The notes under the pieces were generated by a model. The model was not told the origin of the DNA, did not search any database, and was given only the letters and a program-made list of their open reading frames with translations. The position numbers and the translations under genes were made by a program. This document shows positions 39,146 to 50,806 of a stretch of 64,000 nt of DNA, in pieces; the first letter of the stretch is position 1, and every line of letters starts with the position of its first letter. This DNA is from Lingula anatina (taxonomy: Eukaryota; Animalia; Brachiopoda). The stretch covers positions 41,146,788 to 41,210,787 of the forward strand of contig CM120640.1 of the NCBI GenBank assembly GCA_051362555.1, in the 5' to 3' direction.

Positions 39146-42100
39146 TTCATTCAGACACATTGTTTGACCTATTGTGTTCAAAATCGTTTAAATTTAAAAT
39201 TGATTGTCACGATTCTTATTTTAGGTGAAGCTGATAGACTTCTTGCTAAGAAGGAAGGACAGTAAGATGGTGATACTGAAAGTGTGTAAACAAATGATGT
39301 TACCAGACTCCCAGGCCTCCTTACCTGTTATAGCTCAAGTCTTTGACCTCCTCAATGCAGGGTACAGAGAATATCTGGATAAAGAGATCCAGGCTCAGGT
39401 GTGCAGTCTATTTTTATTTAAATTTTGAAGAAGTTTGAATGCTTTGTTCTTCTGTTATTTTTAAGAGTATTTTTTATTTTATGAGCAGCCTACTCATAAC
39501 ATGAAAGAGACATTTCTGACCAATTCCTGATTGGGAGCTTTGTATCCCATTCTGAATTTTTGAATGAATGTTGTTTTATCAGTGTGGCTTATTTTCTTGT
39601 AAGTTAGTTGTAACACTTTTGTTTTCATGTTTTCAGGTGGTAGTACCATCCCTAGGATCAATACTTGATCACCTTGTACCTTATACTGGGGTAGTGCTTT
39701 TGAATTTGATTCTTCTCAATATCTTCCAACACCCAGATACTTACTTTTCTCTGAACAATTTATGTTTCATTTTATTTGAAGAGCTTTTTTATAAAAGAAC
39801 TACATATTCATTTCAGCGACAATGCCATTTGATTACTGATATAATTGATAAGACATGTCTCCAGTCCTTATTCCTATACTCAGTCTTAAAATTGAAATTG
39901 ATTGCCCAGCAGTCCAATCCCTTTACTTACCCTTTTTTTTTCAATCTAACCATATAAACTGCCTAGGTATGCATGCATATATGCCTTTCTCCTGCTTTTA
40001 AATGCATTTTATGTACTTCAAATATTTTAAAAAGATCTATTTGTACATAGTACACATAAAGTAGTAGACAGTGATGTGCAAATAAATCACCTTATTGCAT
40101 TTTATGTTAAAGGTAAACACTGTTCTTATTGTAATTGTAAAATTAAGAAAGCAAAGAAAATTGTTTTATTATAATTATGTAAACTGTATTTGCTTAGAGG
40201 TATTAATCAGCAGGTATATTTCATGTTGTGACATTATTGTATTTTTCAGGCATCAGAGAGCACACAAACTATGGACAATCTACGAGGCAGGAAGGCAATT
40301 ATAGACCAGTCTGATATGTATACACACGTTTTATCTGTGTTTGGAGATAGCAAGGTATGACTCTTTAACAGTCCAGTCTGGTTTCATATTTCTTTCTTGT
40401 TTGACTTAGATTAATTTTTTTTTTCAATTAGAAAAAAATGATTTACTTTTAAGGCTGCTATCTTAAAAGAACCTCGTTACTTCACTAAAGAAAACACTGA
40501 AGTATATATAGTAACATGCAGTCATAATGTTTTCACACCATTGCACACAGTGTTAAACAGAGAAGTTTGTTTGTTATTTTTATTACTTACATATCAAAAT
40601 TTGCCAATTCTCCTGTTTCAGAACATTCACTTCAAATTCATAGTGGCAACCCTGGTGGAATACATCCGCTCCCTGAACCAGGTGTTTATCCCAGTCCAGC
40701 ATTACCTGTATGAACTGGTGATCAACACACTGGTACATCACCACTGCTTTTATCAACTGCACCAGTTCCTGCAGTACCATGTGCTCAGTGACTCTAAGCC
40801 TCTGGTAAGATATAACTGTCAAAGCCTGGGCCCTATCCCACAAAAGAAATCTTTAATTGATTGTAACTCAATAGAAAATAGTGACTGTTGGTGTAAAATG
40901 CTGATCATTTCTTACTTTTTATCTGATAGGTTAGGCCACACTTTTTTAATTTTATGGATGACATCCTGCGCGCGCACGGATTTTCGCCCGTTCTCCAAAA
41001 AAAAAAAAAAAAAAAAGCCCCCCCCCCCTCCCCCAGCCCCCAACGAAGTCGGTTGTCGTGAACGTTGTTATTGAATTTGCAAGGAAATGAGCTTTCTGCG
41101 CATGCGTATTTTCGCCACGTGGAAATGCGGCTACTTTGCTGTCAAATTCATCTCTAGGATTACTTTCAAATTACACAACAATAAAAGTCATAAAGAGAAC
41201 AGGCGCCATCGTTTTGGATTGGTATGCCATTGATATTGGGCATGGAGATATCACCTTTTTACAATTGTGCGAAAGGCTGGCGGCGGCCGAAACATTTCTG
41301 TGACATTCTGTATAAAGCAGCACATTAATACCAGGTTTTCTGTAGCGAAAAAAGGGTCAACAAGGGCGTCGAGGTATTTGGTGGGCTGAAGGTCGGACAG
41401 GCCACCTGACAGTTTAGCTGCTTCGTGTGAGTTGAAGTTGACAAAATGGCATCGTCTGAAATGACCTTTAATAGATTTGGTAGTATTAAGCATATCTTTG
41501 CATCATTTTTTAAACATTTCTGTGAAGTGTTCAAAATGTTTTAATATTCTGAGAATACAAATAAAGACACACTGTTTGATTGATATTTGTTTTATTGATT
41601 GCTATACCAAATGAATGCATGAAATAACCTTAAATAGATTTGGTAATATGAAGTATATCAATTCATGACTTTTTTTACATTTCTACGACGTATTCACAAT
41701 GCTTTAATATTTTGAGAGCATGGATAAAGACATATTGTTAGTTTGATATGTGTTTCTGTGGTTAAATTTGTGTTTCCAGCTGTGTACTGACAGCATTCCT
41801 TTACTTAAGCAGTTTTTTTTTTTTTGGACTGTTTTTTTTTTTTTTTTTTTCGCCCTCTCGCACCGATTTTGGGGTACTCAGAGGATGTCATCCATAAAAA
41901 TAAAAAAGCGTGGCCTTATTTATTTTTCCTATAGTGGACTTCAACCGATTAATTCTTGTGTCCTGAAGATTAAAAAATAGAGAGAAACGTGTTTAAAGTA
42001 TAAAAACATAATACACAAGTTAATACTTGAAAATTAACTCGAACATATTATTTAAAATGCATGGATAGCAATTGAGATGTTTTATGAGTCTTCTTTTTAT

Positions 42101-45100
42101 TTTTATGTACAGACACAGATGTGTCTGTACATATAGCCATCATCTGCATCTGTCGTCGCCGTCGCCGTCGTCGCCGTGCACTTTTACCGATAACACGATA
42201 AGTGGAAAACTGTTTTTTCTTTTGGCTTGAAACTTACAGAACTAATGAATATTCATAATACGCAGGTCAAGTTCGAAAATCAGCATGATCGGGTCACTTA
42301 TAGGGAATTTATGCTGTTTTTTCACTTTTTTCAGCATAAATGAAGCACCGATAACACGATAAGTGGAAAACTGTTTTACTTTTTGGCTTGAAACTTACAG
42401 AACTGATGAATATTCATAATACGCAGGTCAAGTTCGAAAATCAGCGTGATTGGGTCATTTTTATGTACAGACACAGATGTGTCTGTACATATTGCCATCA
42501 CCTGCGTCTGTCGTCGCCGTCGCCGTCGCCGATCATGTCGCCGTCGCCGTGCACTTTCAGCGTTAACACCATAAGTGGAAGGCAATTTTACTTTTTGGCT
42601 TTATATTTACAGAGCTGACTAATATTCATAAAATGCAGGTCAAGTTCGAAAATCAGCATGATCGAGCCATTATTGTAGAATTTATGCTGTTTTTTCACTT
42701 TTTAGCATATATGCAACACTGTTAACACATTTCAAGGAAAACCGATAGGCCTGTTGTCATGAAACTCACAGGAGTAATCAATCTTACTAAAACGCAGATC
42801 AAGTTCAAAATTCGGCATGATCGGGCCACTATTTTAGTAGTTATGCTGTTTTTTCACTTTTCAGCATATATGCAACACTGTTAACACATTTCAAGGAAAA
42901 CCGATAGACCTGTTGTCATGAAACTCACAGGAGTAATCAATCTTACTAAAACACAGGTCAAGTTCGAAAATCAGCATAATCGGGCCATTATTTTATAAGT
43001 TATGCTGTTTTTTCACATTTCCTCAGATTCAATTTTTAGGCATGTTAACAGTCTCATTATTTAACTAATAAGATTCGTAAAAGTGTTTGTTTGACATTTC
43101 CTGCATCTTTACAACATTGTTAGTTGATTATGTAAAAATGAGGGTAAACTTGTTATCATGTATTGTATAATAGAGTTTCAAAAATGGAAATAAACTCATA
43201 TCATTGCAGTTTGTCAGATTCATTCATTCACTATGTTCAGAAACTCAGAATGGAGGAAATTGGACATTAAACACTGTTCTATTGATCTTTTTCCCATCTC
43301 ATCAATTTTCTTAGTTGATCATATATAAATGGCAGTAAATTGTTAATTTTGTTATATGTTAAAAAATTGTTAAAAATGGAAAAAAACACATTTCAGGACA
43401 GTGCTGTCTTGTCTACATTTTGGCATTTTCAAGGTGTGACTTTGAAGTTCCTTGGGCCTGAAGACCTTTGCTAGTCACATTTTCTGAATATCCATGATAC
43501 TAATATTTTATTATTAAAAATTGATGGTAATTATCCTGTTAAACATTATGTAATATTGCATCAAAATTTGAAGACCCCTATTTTGGACACTGCTCCCATG
43601 ATGACCATTTAAGGAAAACCATGTCAATTACTGTTCTCAAACTTACAGGAAGAAACATGGGACTTAAATAAAGCTTCAGTGGGCAATGCAGTCTATTTGG
43701 TAAATTTTTTTGGCAGTTAATCAGTTTTTTGTGAAAATTTAATTTTTCACATATTGGCATTTTCAAGGTGTGACTTAAGAACCTCCACGAGCTTGAAGAC
43801 CCATGCTAATCACATTTTCTGAAAATCCATGATATGGATCTTTTATTATTAAAAACTGATGGTCATTATGCTGTTAAGCATTATGTAATATTGCATTAAA
43901 ATAGAAGAAAACACAATTTTGGGTGCTGCTGCCATGATGACCATTATGGGAAAACCATGTTACTTATGATTGTCAAACTTTCAAAAAAGAAACAAAGGAC
44001 TAAAATGCAGCCTGAGTTGGAAAAGCAGTCTAATTGGCTTCTTTTTCTGGAAGTTATACATTTTAGTGAAATATTCATTTTTATCATGTTGGCATATTCA
44101 TTGTGGGACTCAAAGCTCCCATGGACATGAAGCCAAATGGTAATCAAATTTTTTACATGTCCATGCTATTTATAGTCAATAATCAAAAATTGGTGATAAT
44201 TATTCTGTAATTTATTATGTAATGTTACATCAAAATTGACAAAAATCTTTTTGCACTGCTACTACAAACATTATGAAAAGAAAACTGTGTTACTTATTAT
44301 TATTTTCAACTTACAAGTATGATTTGTAGGATTGGCATGCAGTTCAAATAAGAAAACCAGCTCAAATGGGTTATCATTTATTATTGAATTTAAGCAGTTT
44401 TATGTGAAATTTTTATTTTTCTCATTCTGGCATTTTCAAAGTGTGAACTTAAACTCCCATGGGCCTGAAGCCTTACGCTTGTTACACATTTCACTTACAT
44501 TGGTATTACCTATTGAGCATAATTAAAATTTGATGTTGAATTTGCAGTTAAGCATAATGTACTTTTGCATCAGAATTGACAGTAGCCCGTTTTGTGCATT
44601 GTTATTGTCTGCTTTTTGTCTGTACATTTGACAGCTTTGCTGCCTTGTTAGTGAATTTAGGCTATTTTTTCTCTTTTTTCAGCATAAATGCAGCACCGAT
44701 AACATGATAAGTGGAAAACCGTTTTGGCTTTTGGCTTGAAACTTACAGAACTGATAAATATTCATAATACGTAGGTCAAGTTCGAAAATCGGCATGATTG
44801 GGTAATTTTTTAGTGAATTTGGGCTATTTTTTCTCTTTTTTCAGCATATATACAGCACCGATAACACGATAACTGGAAAACCGTTTTGGCTTTTGGCTTG
44901 AAACTTACAGAACTGATAAATATTTATAATACGCAGGTCAAGTTCGAAAATCAGCATGATCGGGTGACTTGTAGGGAAGTTATGCTGTTTTTTTTTTACT
45001 TTTTTCAGCATATATGCAGCACCGATAACACGATAAGTGGAAAACCGCTTTACTTTTTGGCTTCAAACTTACAAAACTGATGAAGATTCATAATCCGCAG

Positions 45101-47524
45101 ATCAAGTTCGAAAATCAGCATGATCAAGCAATTTTTAGGGGAGTTATGCTATTTTTTCACTTTTTTCAACATATATGCAACACTGATAACACTATATAAG
45201 AAAAACAGATAGGCCAATTGTCATTATACTTACAGGAGTGGTCAATCTTACTAAAATGCAGGTTGAGTTGGAAAATCAGCATAATCTGGCCATTATTTTA
45301 GAAGTTATGCTGTTTTTTCACATTTCCTCAGATTCAATTCTTAAGCATGTTAACAGTCTCATTATTTAACTAATAAGATACGTAAAAGTGTTTGTTTGAT
45401 ATTTCCTGCATCTTTACAACATTGTTAGTTGATTATGTAAAAATGATGGTAAACTTGATATCGTGTATTGTGTAATAAAGTGTCAAAAATGGAAATAAAC
45501 TCATATCATATCATATTGCAGTTTGTTAGATTCAATCATCAACTATGTTCAGAATCTCAGAATGGAGGAAATTGGACATTTAACACTGTTCTATTGATAT
45601 TTTTCCCATCTCATCAATTTTCTTAGTTGGTCATATAAAAATGGAAGTATACTGTTTATTTTGTTTTGTTTAAAAAGTGTTAAAATGGAAATAAACCCAT
45701 TTCAGAACAGTGCTGTCTTTTTTACAGTTTGGCATTTTTAAGATGTGACTTTGAAGTTCCATGAGCCTGCAGATCTTTGCTAGTCACATTTTCTGAATAT
45801 CCATGATACTAATATTGTATGATTAAAAATTGATGGTCATTATGCTGTTAAACATTATGTAATATTGCATCAAGATTCGAAGAAACCCCTATTTTGGGCA
45901 CTGCTCCCATGATGACCATTTAAAGAAAATCATGTCACTTACTGTTATCAAACTTACAGGAAAGAAATGTGGGTCTAAAATACAGCTTCAGTAGGCAATG
46001 CAGTCTGTTTGGTAATTTTTTTCTGGCAGTTAAACAGTTTTTTGTGAAAATTTAATTTTTCACTTATTGGCATTTTCAAAGTGTGACTTTGAAGTTCCAT
46101 GATTCTGAAGACCTTTGCTTGTCATGTTTTCTGAAAGTCCATGTTACTAATATTCTATTAAATAAAAATTGATGGTCATATATGCTGTTAAGCATTATGT
46201 AATGTTGCTTCAAAATAGAAGAAAACACAATTTTTGGTGCTGCTGCCATGATGACCATGATGGGAAAACCGTGTTACTTATGACTGTCAAACCTTAAAAA
46301 AAGAAACACTGTACTAAAATGCAGCCTGAGTTGGAAAAGCAGTCTAATTGGCTTCTTTTTCTGGAAGTTATACATTTGAGTGAAATATTATTAACTTTTT
46401 GGCATATTCATTGTGGGACTCGGAGCTCCCATGGACATAAAGCCGAATGGTAATCAAATTTTCTACATGTCCATGCTATTTGTAATCAATAATCAAAAAT
46501 TGGTGATAATTATTCTATAATTTATTATGCAATGTTACATCAAAATTTACAATAATCTTTTTGCACTGCTACTGCAAACATTATGAAAAGAAAACTGTGT
46601 TACTTATTATTATTTTTAACTTATGAGAATGATTTTTAGGATTGGCATGCAGTTAAAATTAGAAAGCTAGGTCAATTGGGTTATCGTTTATTATTGAATT
46701 TATGCAATTTTGTGTGAAATTTTCATTTTTTTATTCTGGCACTTTCTAAGTATAAACTTGAACTCTGATGGGCCTGAAGCCTTATGCTTTTACTTTGGTC
46801 GGTGTTACCTGCTGTGCATAATTAAAATATGATGTTGACTTTGCAGTTAAACATAATGTATCATTTCATCAGAATTGGTAGTCTCCTATTTTGTGCATTA
46901 TTGTTTTGTGCTTTTCTTAAGATGTGACTTATGGGCCTGAAGGGTTTTTGAGAGGGTCAGTCTGTAAATTTCCCTTGGGTTTCACTTAGCTAAGCTCTGA
47001 GTTATAAAGTAATTTGCCTAATTGATTATTAATTCAATTCAATTCAATTTATTTCTGTACTGGTACATAGATTGTCATGACCTTGTACAATATGATATAC
47101 TAATGATGATACAATACAGTTAGTGCATTACCATCTTTATATAATGGACATACGTATCAGTAAAATTACTCATAAAATATTCTATCTAAGCAATGCGATA
47201 AACCTTGGTGTGATTTTAAATTTACCATAAACATACTATAAACATGTTACACAAAAAGAATATGTTTAAACTTAAAACCAAGGTTACATAGCTGTTTAAA
47301 ACCAGTTTGATGACATGGATAATTACGACTAATGACAATTACATAAGACAGATAAGTAAATAAGTGACACAGATAGGCCATTAAATGATTGGCCATTAAT
47401 AGGCCATTAAATGAGATTACATAAAGCACCTTGTTGATATCTCCCTGTAAACTCCCAAAGGTTAAGCTCTCTGCTAGATTAATAATAAGGAAGCAGTGAT
47501 AATTATGGAGGTAAATTATGCAGG

Positions 47525-47582
<58 letters not shown>

Positions 47583-49777
47583 ACAATTGCTGCCTGGGCA
47601 GAGGTCTGCACTCTCGGAGTGCTTTTCTAGTTTTGTTTATTTTCCTTAATAACTTTTTTCTCAAACACTTGCATTTGTGATATTTAACCGCCTGAAGCTC
47701 TGCACATTTTCTGTATTTCCACATAAGCAGTTGTATGTTATTTATGTTTTCAAACATTATGTAATATTATTTTATGCAATGTTATCATTTTTCAAATATT
47801 GAGACTTTCATCATGTGACTTTGGTCTCTCATGGTCCTGATACTGTAATCTTATTGAAGGGATGGATTGAGACCATCTTCTGGGTCAGCTTCCAGAAGAC
47901 GTTCGGATTTTTAAGTTTATATTGACTGATATTTTTTTTTCTGTTGGAAGATCATAAAAATAGAGGATGGATCAACAAAGATACTTTGGAATACTGTCAG
48001 AAAATATCTCTGGGTCAGCTCCTGTTATTGACCATGTTACCTGTTGTGCATGATTAAAATTCAGTGTTGACTAACAGTGCTATTATAAGCATTATTTATT
48101 ATTGCATCAAAATTGGCAAAATGACCTATTTTGCATCATTATTTTCTGTTTTTTGTCTGTACATTTGACAGCTTTGCTGCCTTGTTTATAGATAAATCTA
48201 AAAGCAATAACAACGATTAAAGCAATAGAAATATTCATCTTTCTTTATTCACATTTGTTGCAGGCTTGCCTTTTGTTGTCATTGGAAAGTGTGTATGCTC
48301 CTGCACACCAGCTGGCTCTGGATATGCTCAAGGTAAGGTCACTATGTTTAGAGGTCCATATGCTTTGGATTAAACCTCAGTGATTTTTGATTTAAATTTT
48401 ACTGCTATAGTTCCATCAAATACATTACCAGAAAAAAGCTGTGTTTATTGACTTTTAGATTTTTTTCATAGACGATTGTAGTCCAGTCAAACATGATAAA
48501 CATGATAAACATTTCATATCAAATTTTAACTATACTAAATTAAAAAAGCAGTTAGACAGGGCATTTAAGATTTTGAATAAATGTCTTTCACTTTTTTAAA
48601 AAGAGATTAAACACAGCCAATGAAGAGATCATTGAAGTATTGCTGTCAAAACACCAGTTGTTGTCTGCCTTAAGGTAGGGCATTATTATTATTGTTATTA
48701 TTATTATTGTTTGATTGCTGTTTATTGGAAAATATACGTTTTTCCTTGTCTAAGTTAACTTAATGAAAAGTAACTGAAATTGAAAAAGAAAGTTCTTACT
48801 GGTAACAGTAAAATATAAACAGTTATAATGCTGAGAAATGTATATGCAACATATTTCTGTCTCTGCATTTTACATTTCCTTGTTCTTATTTATGGACAAA
48901 CACACACTCGGCTGTCACCTTTATTGAATAGTAAACGATTGTCGTAAAATCGCTATATGATTTTAAAACCTGGTGCATAAATTTGAAAACCACCTAGAAC
49001 GACCTTAAACTGCCACATTAATCTAATACAATGCAAAAAAAAACCTATCAAAAGTGGTTAAAGCATTCAAACCTAATGTCGTAAAGTCCCCATATACCCC
49101 ATAGAGATAATAAAATATAAAATTGACAATCGTTTACTATCCAATCAAGGTGACAGCAGAGCGTGGACAAACATAATACTGGTCTGTATTAGAATTGTTT
49201 TAGCTGAAAGCTTAGTAAATGTGACATAGGAAATCAAGTGAAAACTGTCATGCACAACCAACATCTTGCCTCCAGGTTTATCCGCAGTGTGGGTGTGGTG
49301 GACACAGTGTCAGCAAGGAAGTTCCTAGAGGCAGCCAAGCAAACAGGGGACAGCATGCTGTTCTATACAGTGTACAAGTTCTTTGAACAGAGGAACATCA
49401 GAATGAGACAGGTCTCCAAGTTTGCTCCAGGTCAGTTTTCTCTCCACAGTCACCCTTTCCTCAATCCAACCACACTAACACCACCATCTTCCCCAGAATT
49501 AAATAGTATAGACTCAAAAATGTTGAAATGTGTCCAGTTGCTCTTTATACCAGGTAAACAAATCATCATTAGCATTGCCTCGCAATATAAATTCATCAAA
49601 TCTTCTACATTACCAATATTACATGCACACATTTAAGTATGTAAAGCCATTTTACTGAACAGAATTATAACAGTTCCCTCACATTTTCCAACTCCAGGTG
49701 AGCACTGTGAGCCCTATGTCAAATATTTTGAAGGACTTTTTGGAGCAGATGCCTTAATGCCTTCTGTGCCCTCCTGA
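33423..49777 (+). CDS. RMC1: Regulator of MON1-CCZ1 complex (RMC1/C18orf8/MIC1), complete, 19 exons
   Basis: Exons 33423-33542, 33880-33956, 35149-35233, 35434-35577, 35822-35893, 36165-36233, 36626-36729, 37353-37439, 37659-37764, 38052-38163, 38528-38578, 38759-38871, 39225-39398, 40250-40354, 40622-40804, 48264-48332, 48604-48674, 49276-49430, 49698-49777. Translation includes NVFFDETNKQVFAVQSQGATGVVVKGPDD, GRFAVNLVDN, FYQLHQFLQYHVLSDSKPLACLLLSLE and VSARKFLEAAKQT, motifs recognised from RMC1/Mic1. Confidence 0.94.
36762..36942. mobile_element. Fold-back palindromic MITE in RMC1 intron 7
   Basis: ACAACAAAGTTGATCTGCAGACTAAC pairs with GTTAGTCTGCGGATCAACTGTGTTGT; inner GCATAATCCCC pairs with GGGGATTATGC. 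Confidence 0.7.
38579..38758 (+). other. U12-type (minor spliceosome) GT-AG intron in RMC1
   Basis: Donor GTATCCTTT matches the U12 consensus; branch site CCTTCTTAAC about 11 nt before CAG; no polypyrimidine tract; splicing restores ELEL-Y-SPNWIVFQP in frame. Confidence 0.9.
39098..39151. repeat. (TTTA)n microsatellite
   Basis: Directly visible. Confidence 0.95.
40934..41915. mobile_element. Non-autonomous PIF/Harbinger-like transposon (982 bp)
   Basis: About 34-bp TIRs GGCCACACTTTTTTAATTTTATGGATGACATCCT / AGGATGTCATCCATAAAAATAAAAAAGCGTGGCC; TTA on both flanks (TWA TSD); CpG-rich. Confidence 0.85.
42459..44648 (+). mobile_element. Helentron/HINE-like family 1, inner copy nested in the outer copy
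   Basis: Complete 5' head and 3' tail; removing it rejoins GATTGGGTCATTT..TAGTGAATTT, matching the intact repeat unit near 44796-44820. Confidence 0.85.
47030..47340 (-). mobile_element. Possible 5'-truncated LINE 3' end
   Basis: Minus strand ends AAATAAATTGAATTGAATTGAA (poly(A) signal plus short tandem tail); no convincing ORF. Confidence 0.3.
47527..47580. repeat. (AT)n microsatellite
   Basis: Directly visible. Confidence 0.95.
47856..48024. mobile_element. MITE family B, copy 2 (decayed, nested in Helentron)
   Basis: Collinear with 32884-33051 (GAGGATGGATCAACAAAGATA, CTGTCAGAAAATATCTCT); TTATT 5-bp duplication on both flanks. Confidence 0.8.
48903..49165. mobile_element. MITE of 263 bp with about 41-bp TIRs and 8-bp TSD (hAT/P-like)
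   Basis: CACACTCGGCTGTCACCTTTATTGAATAGTAAACGATTGTC / GACAATCGTTTACTATCCAATCAAGGTGACAGCAGAGCGTG; GACAAACA on both flanks. Confidence 0.88.
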
Positions 49778-50806
49778 CTAGTGCAGGAATTAAAGCACCT
49801 GCAGGAGCTGGAAAAACGACTGGATTTATTTTAAAGAGCAACTGTTACCTATTTATTTGTGGCAGAAGTGACAACTGTAATGTAGAGAAGCTAAACAGAG
49901 AAGTCATGTTTCTGGTTATAACTTTTAGAATAATTTTGCTCAAAATTAAAGACATTAATAGGAATTAAAGACTTTTTGTGGCAGGAGCTTGAAATAACAA
50001 ATTTGAAGAAAACAATACACATTTTGGCAAAAAGAAACTGACAGCGATCAAGATTCTGTGAATATGCAATGGAATTGTTACTACTCCCTTTGGTATTAAT
50101 AATTTTTGTTCATGGAAGATTCTATCAAAGCTTCCAGTGAGACGGACCTATTCAATGAATATGAAGTCTCAATTATTTAAGTGGCAGACAGCCTGACCAC
50201 AAGAATAAATACTGATATGAAAATTTAATAATAGCTAGTACCAGTGCAAAGTCGTGAAGGAAAAAAATCAATTCCCCTTCGGCAATGTTGAGCTGGAAAT
50301 TCATTGCAAGATTATAATACTGTAGTGATTGTTTGGTGGAATCACTATCAGATTGTAAATATAGACATAGGATTGGCTGCAGGAGTTATACTCCCACTAA
50401 TGATTGTAATTCATACAGCAGCAATATTACTATATTTGTAGAGGCTGGTATGCATCTTTGAATAATTTGGTATTAAAAAGGTTATTCTCTAAAGTTTTTC
50501 AAAAGCAAGATTTTGATTGGTAAGTTTCAGTTTTTGAAAAAGTAAAACATGTTCATGGTGGTAAAATTTGCAAATTCCTTCCACAAAACCATTTAAGAGA
50601 AAATCTGTTTGTTAAATTCTCTTTAGTGATTTATATGGGATCAATATCTGAACCATTGTGAATATTATTATTCTGTAAATGGACTTGAGATAATAAATGC
50701 AATGTCCAGTTTTAAGATGGGATTATTATTTTGCATTTCCAATAATGAGAATATTTCAAAACAGAAATTTTATCCAACCTTATATTTCAATGTGACAAGT
50801 GAAACA

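Larger units (their letters stand above)
42100..48185 (+). mobile_element. Helentron/HINE-like element family 1, outer copy
   Basis: 5' TTTTATGTACAGACA-CAGATG-TGTCTGTACATA hairpin, (CGTCGC)n microsatellite, about 160-bp internal repeats, 3' TGTCTGTACAT sub-TIR plus CAGCTTTGCTG hairpin and CTTGT end; T-rich target, no TSD. Confidence 0.85.

Noticed and set aside
39568-39957. 129-aa intronic ORF or possible extra RMC1 exon after TTTCAG at 39636
   Set aside because: No recognisable RMC1 similarity or clear donor; flanking exons join in frame without it
40826-40930. GGGCCCTATCCCACAAAAG, a possible MITE left end
   Set aside because: No matching right TIR found in the window
40541-41074. 177-aa ORF as a standalone gene
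   Set aside because: Only 40622-40804 is RMC1 exon; the rest reads through intron and transposon
42376-42618. Arg-rich and Ser/Pro-rich ORFs (also 50702-50923)
   Set aside because: Translation of the Helentron (CGTCGC)n microsatellite
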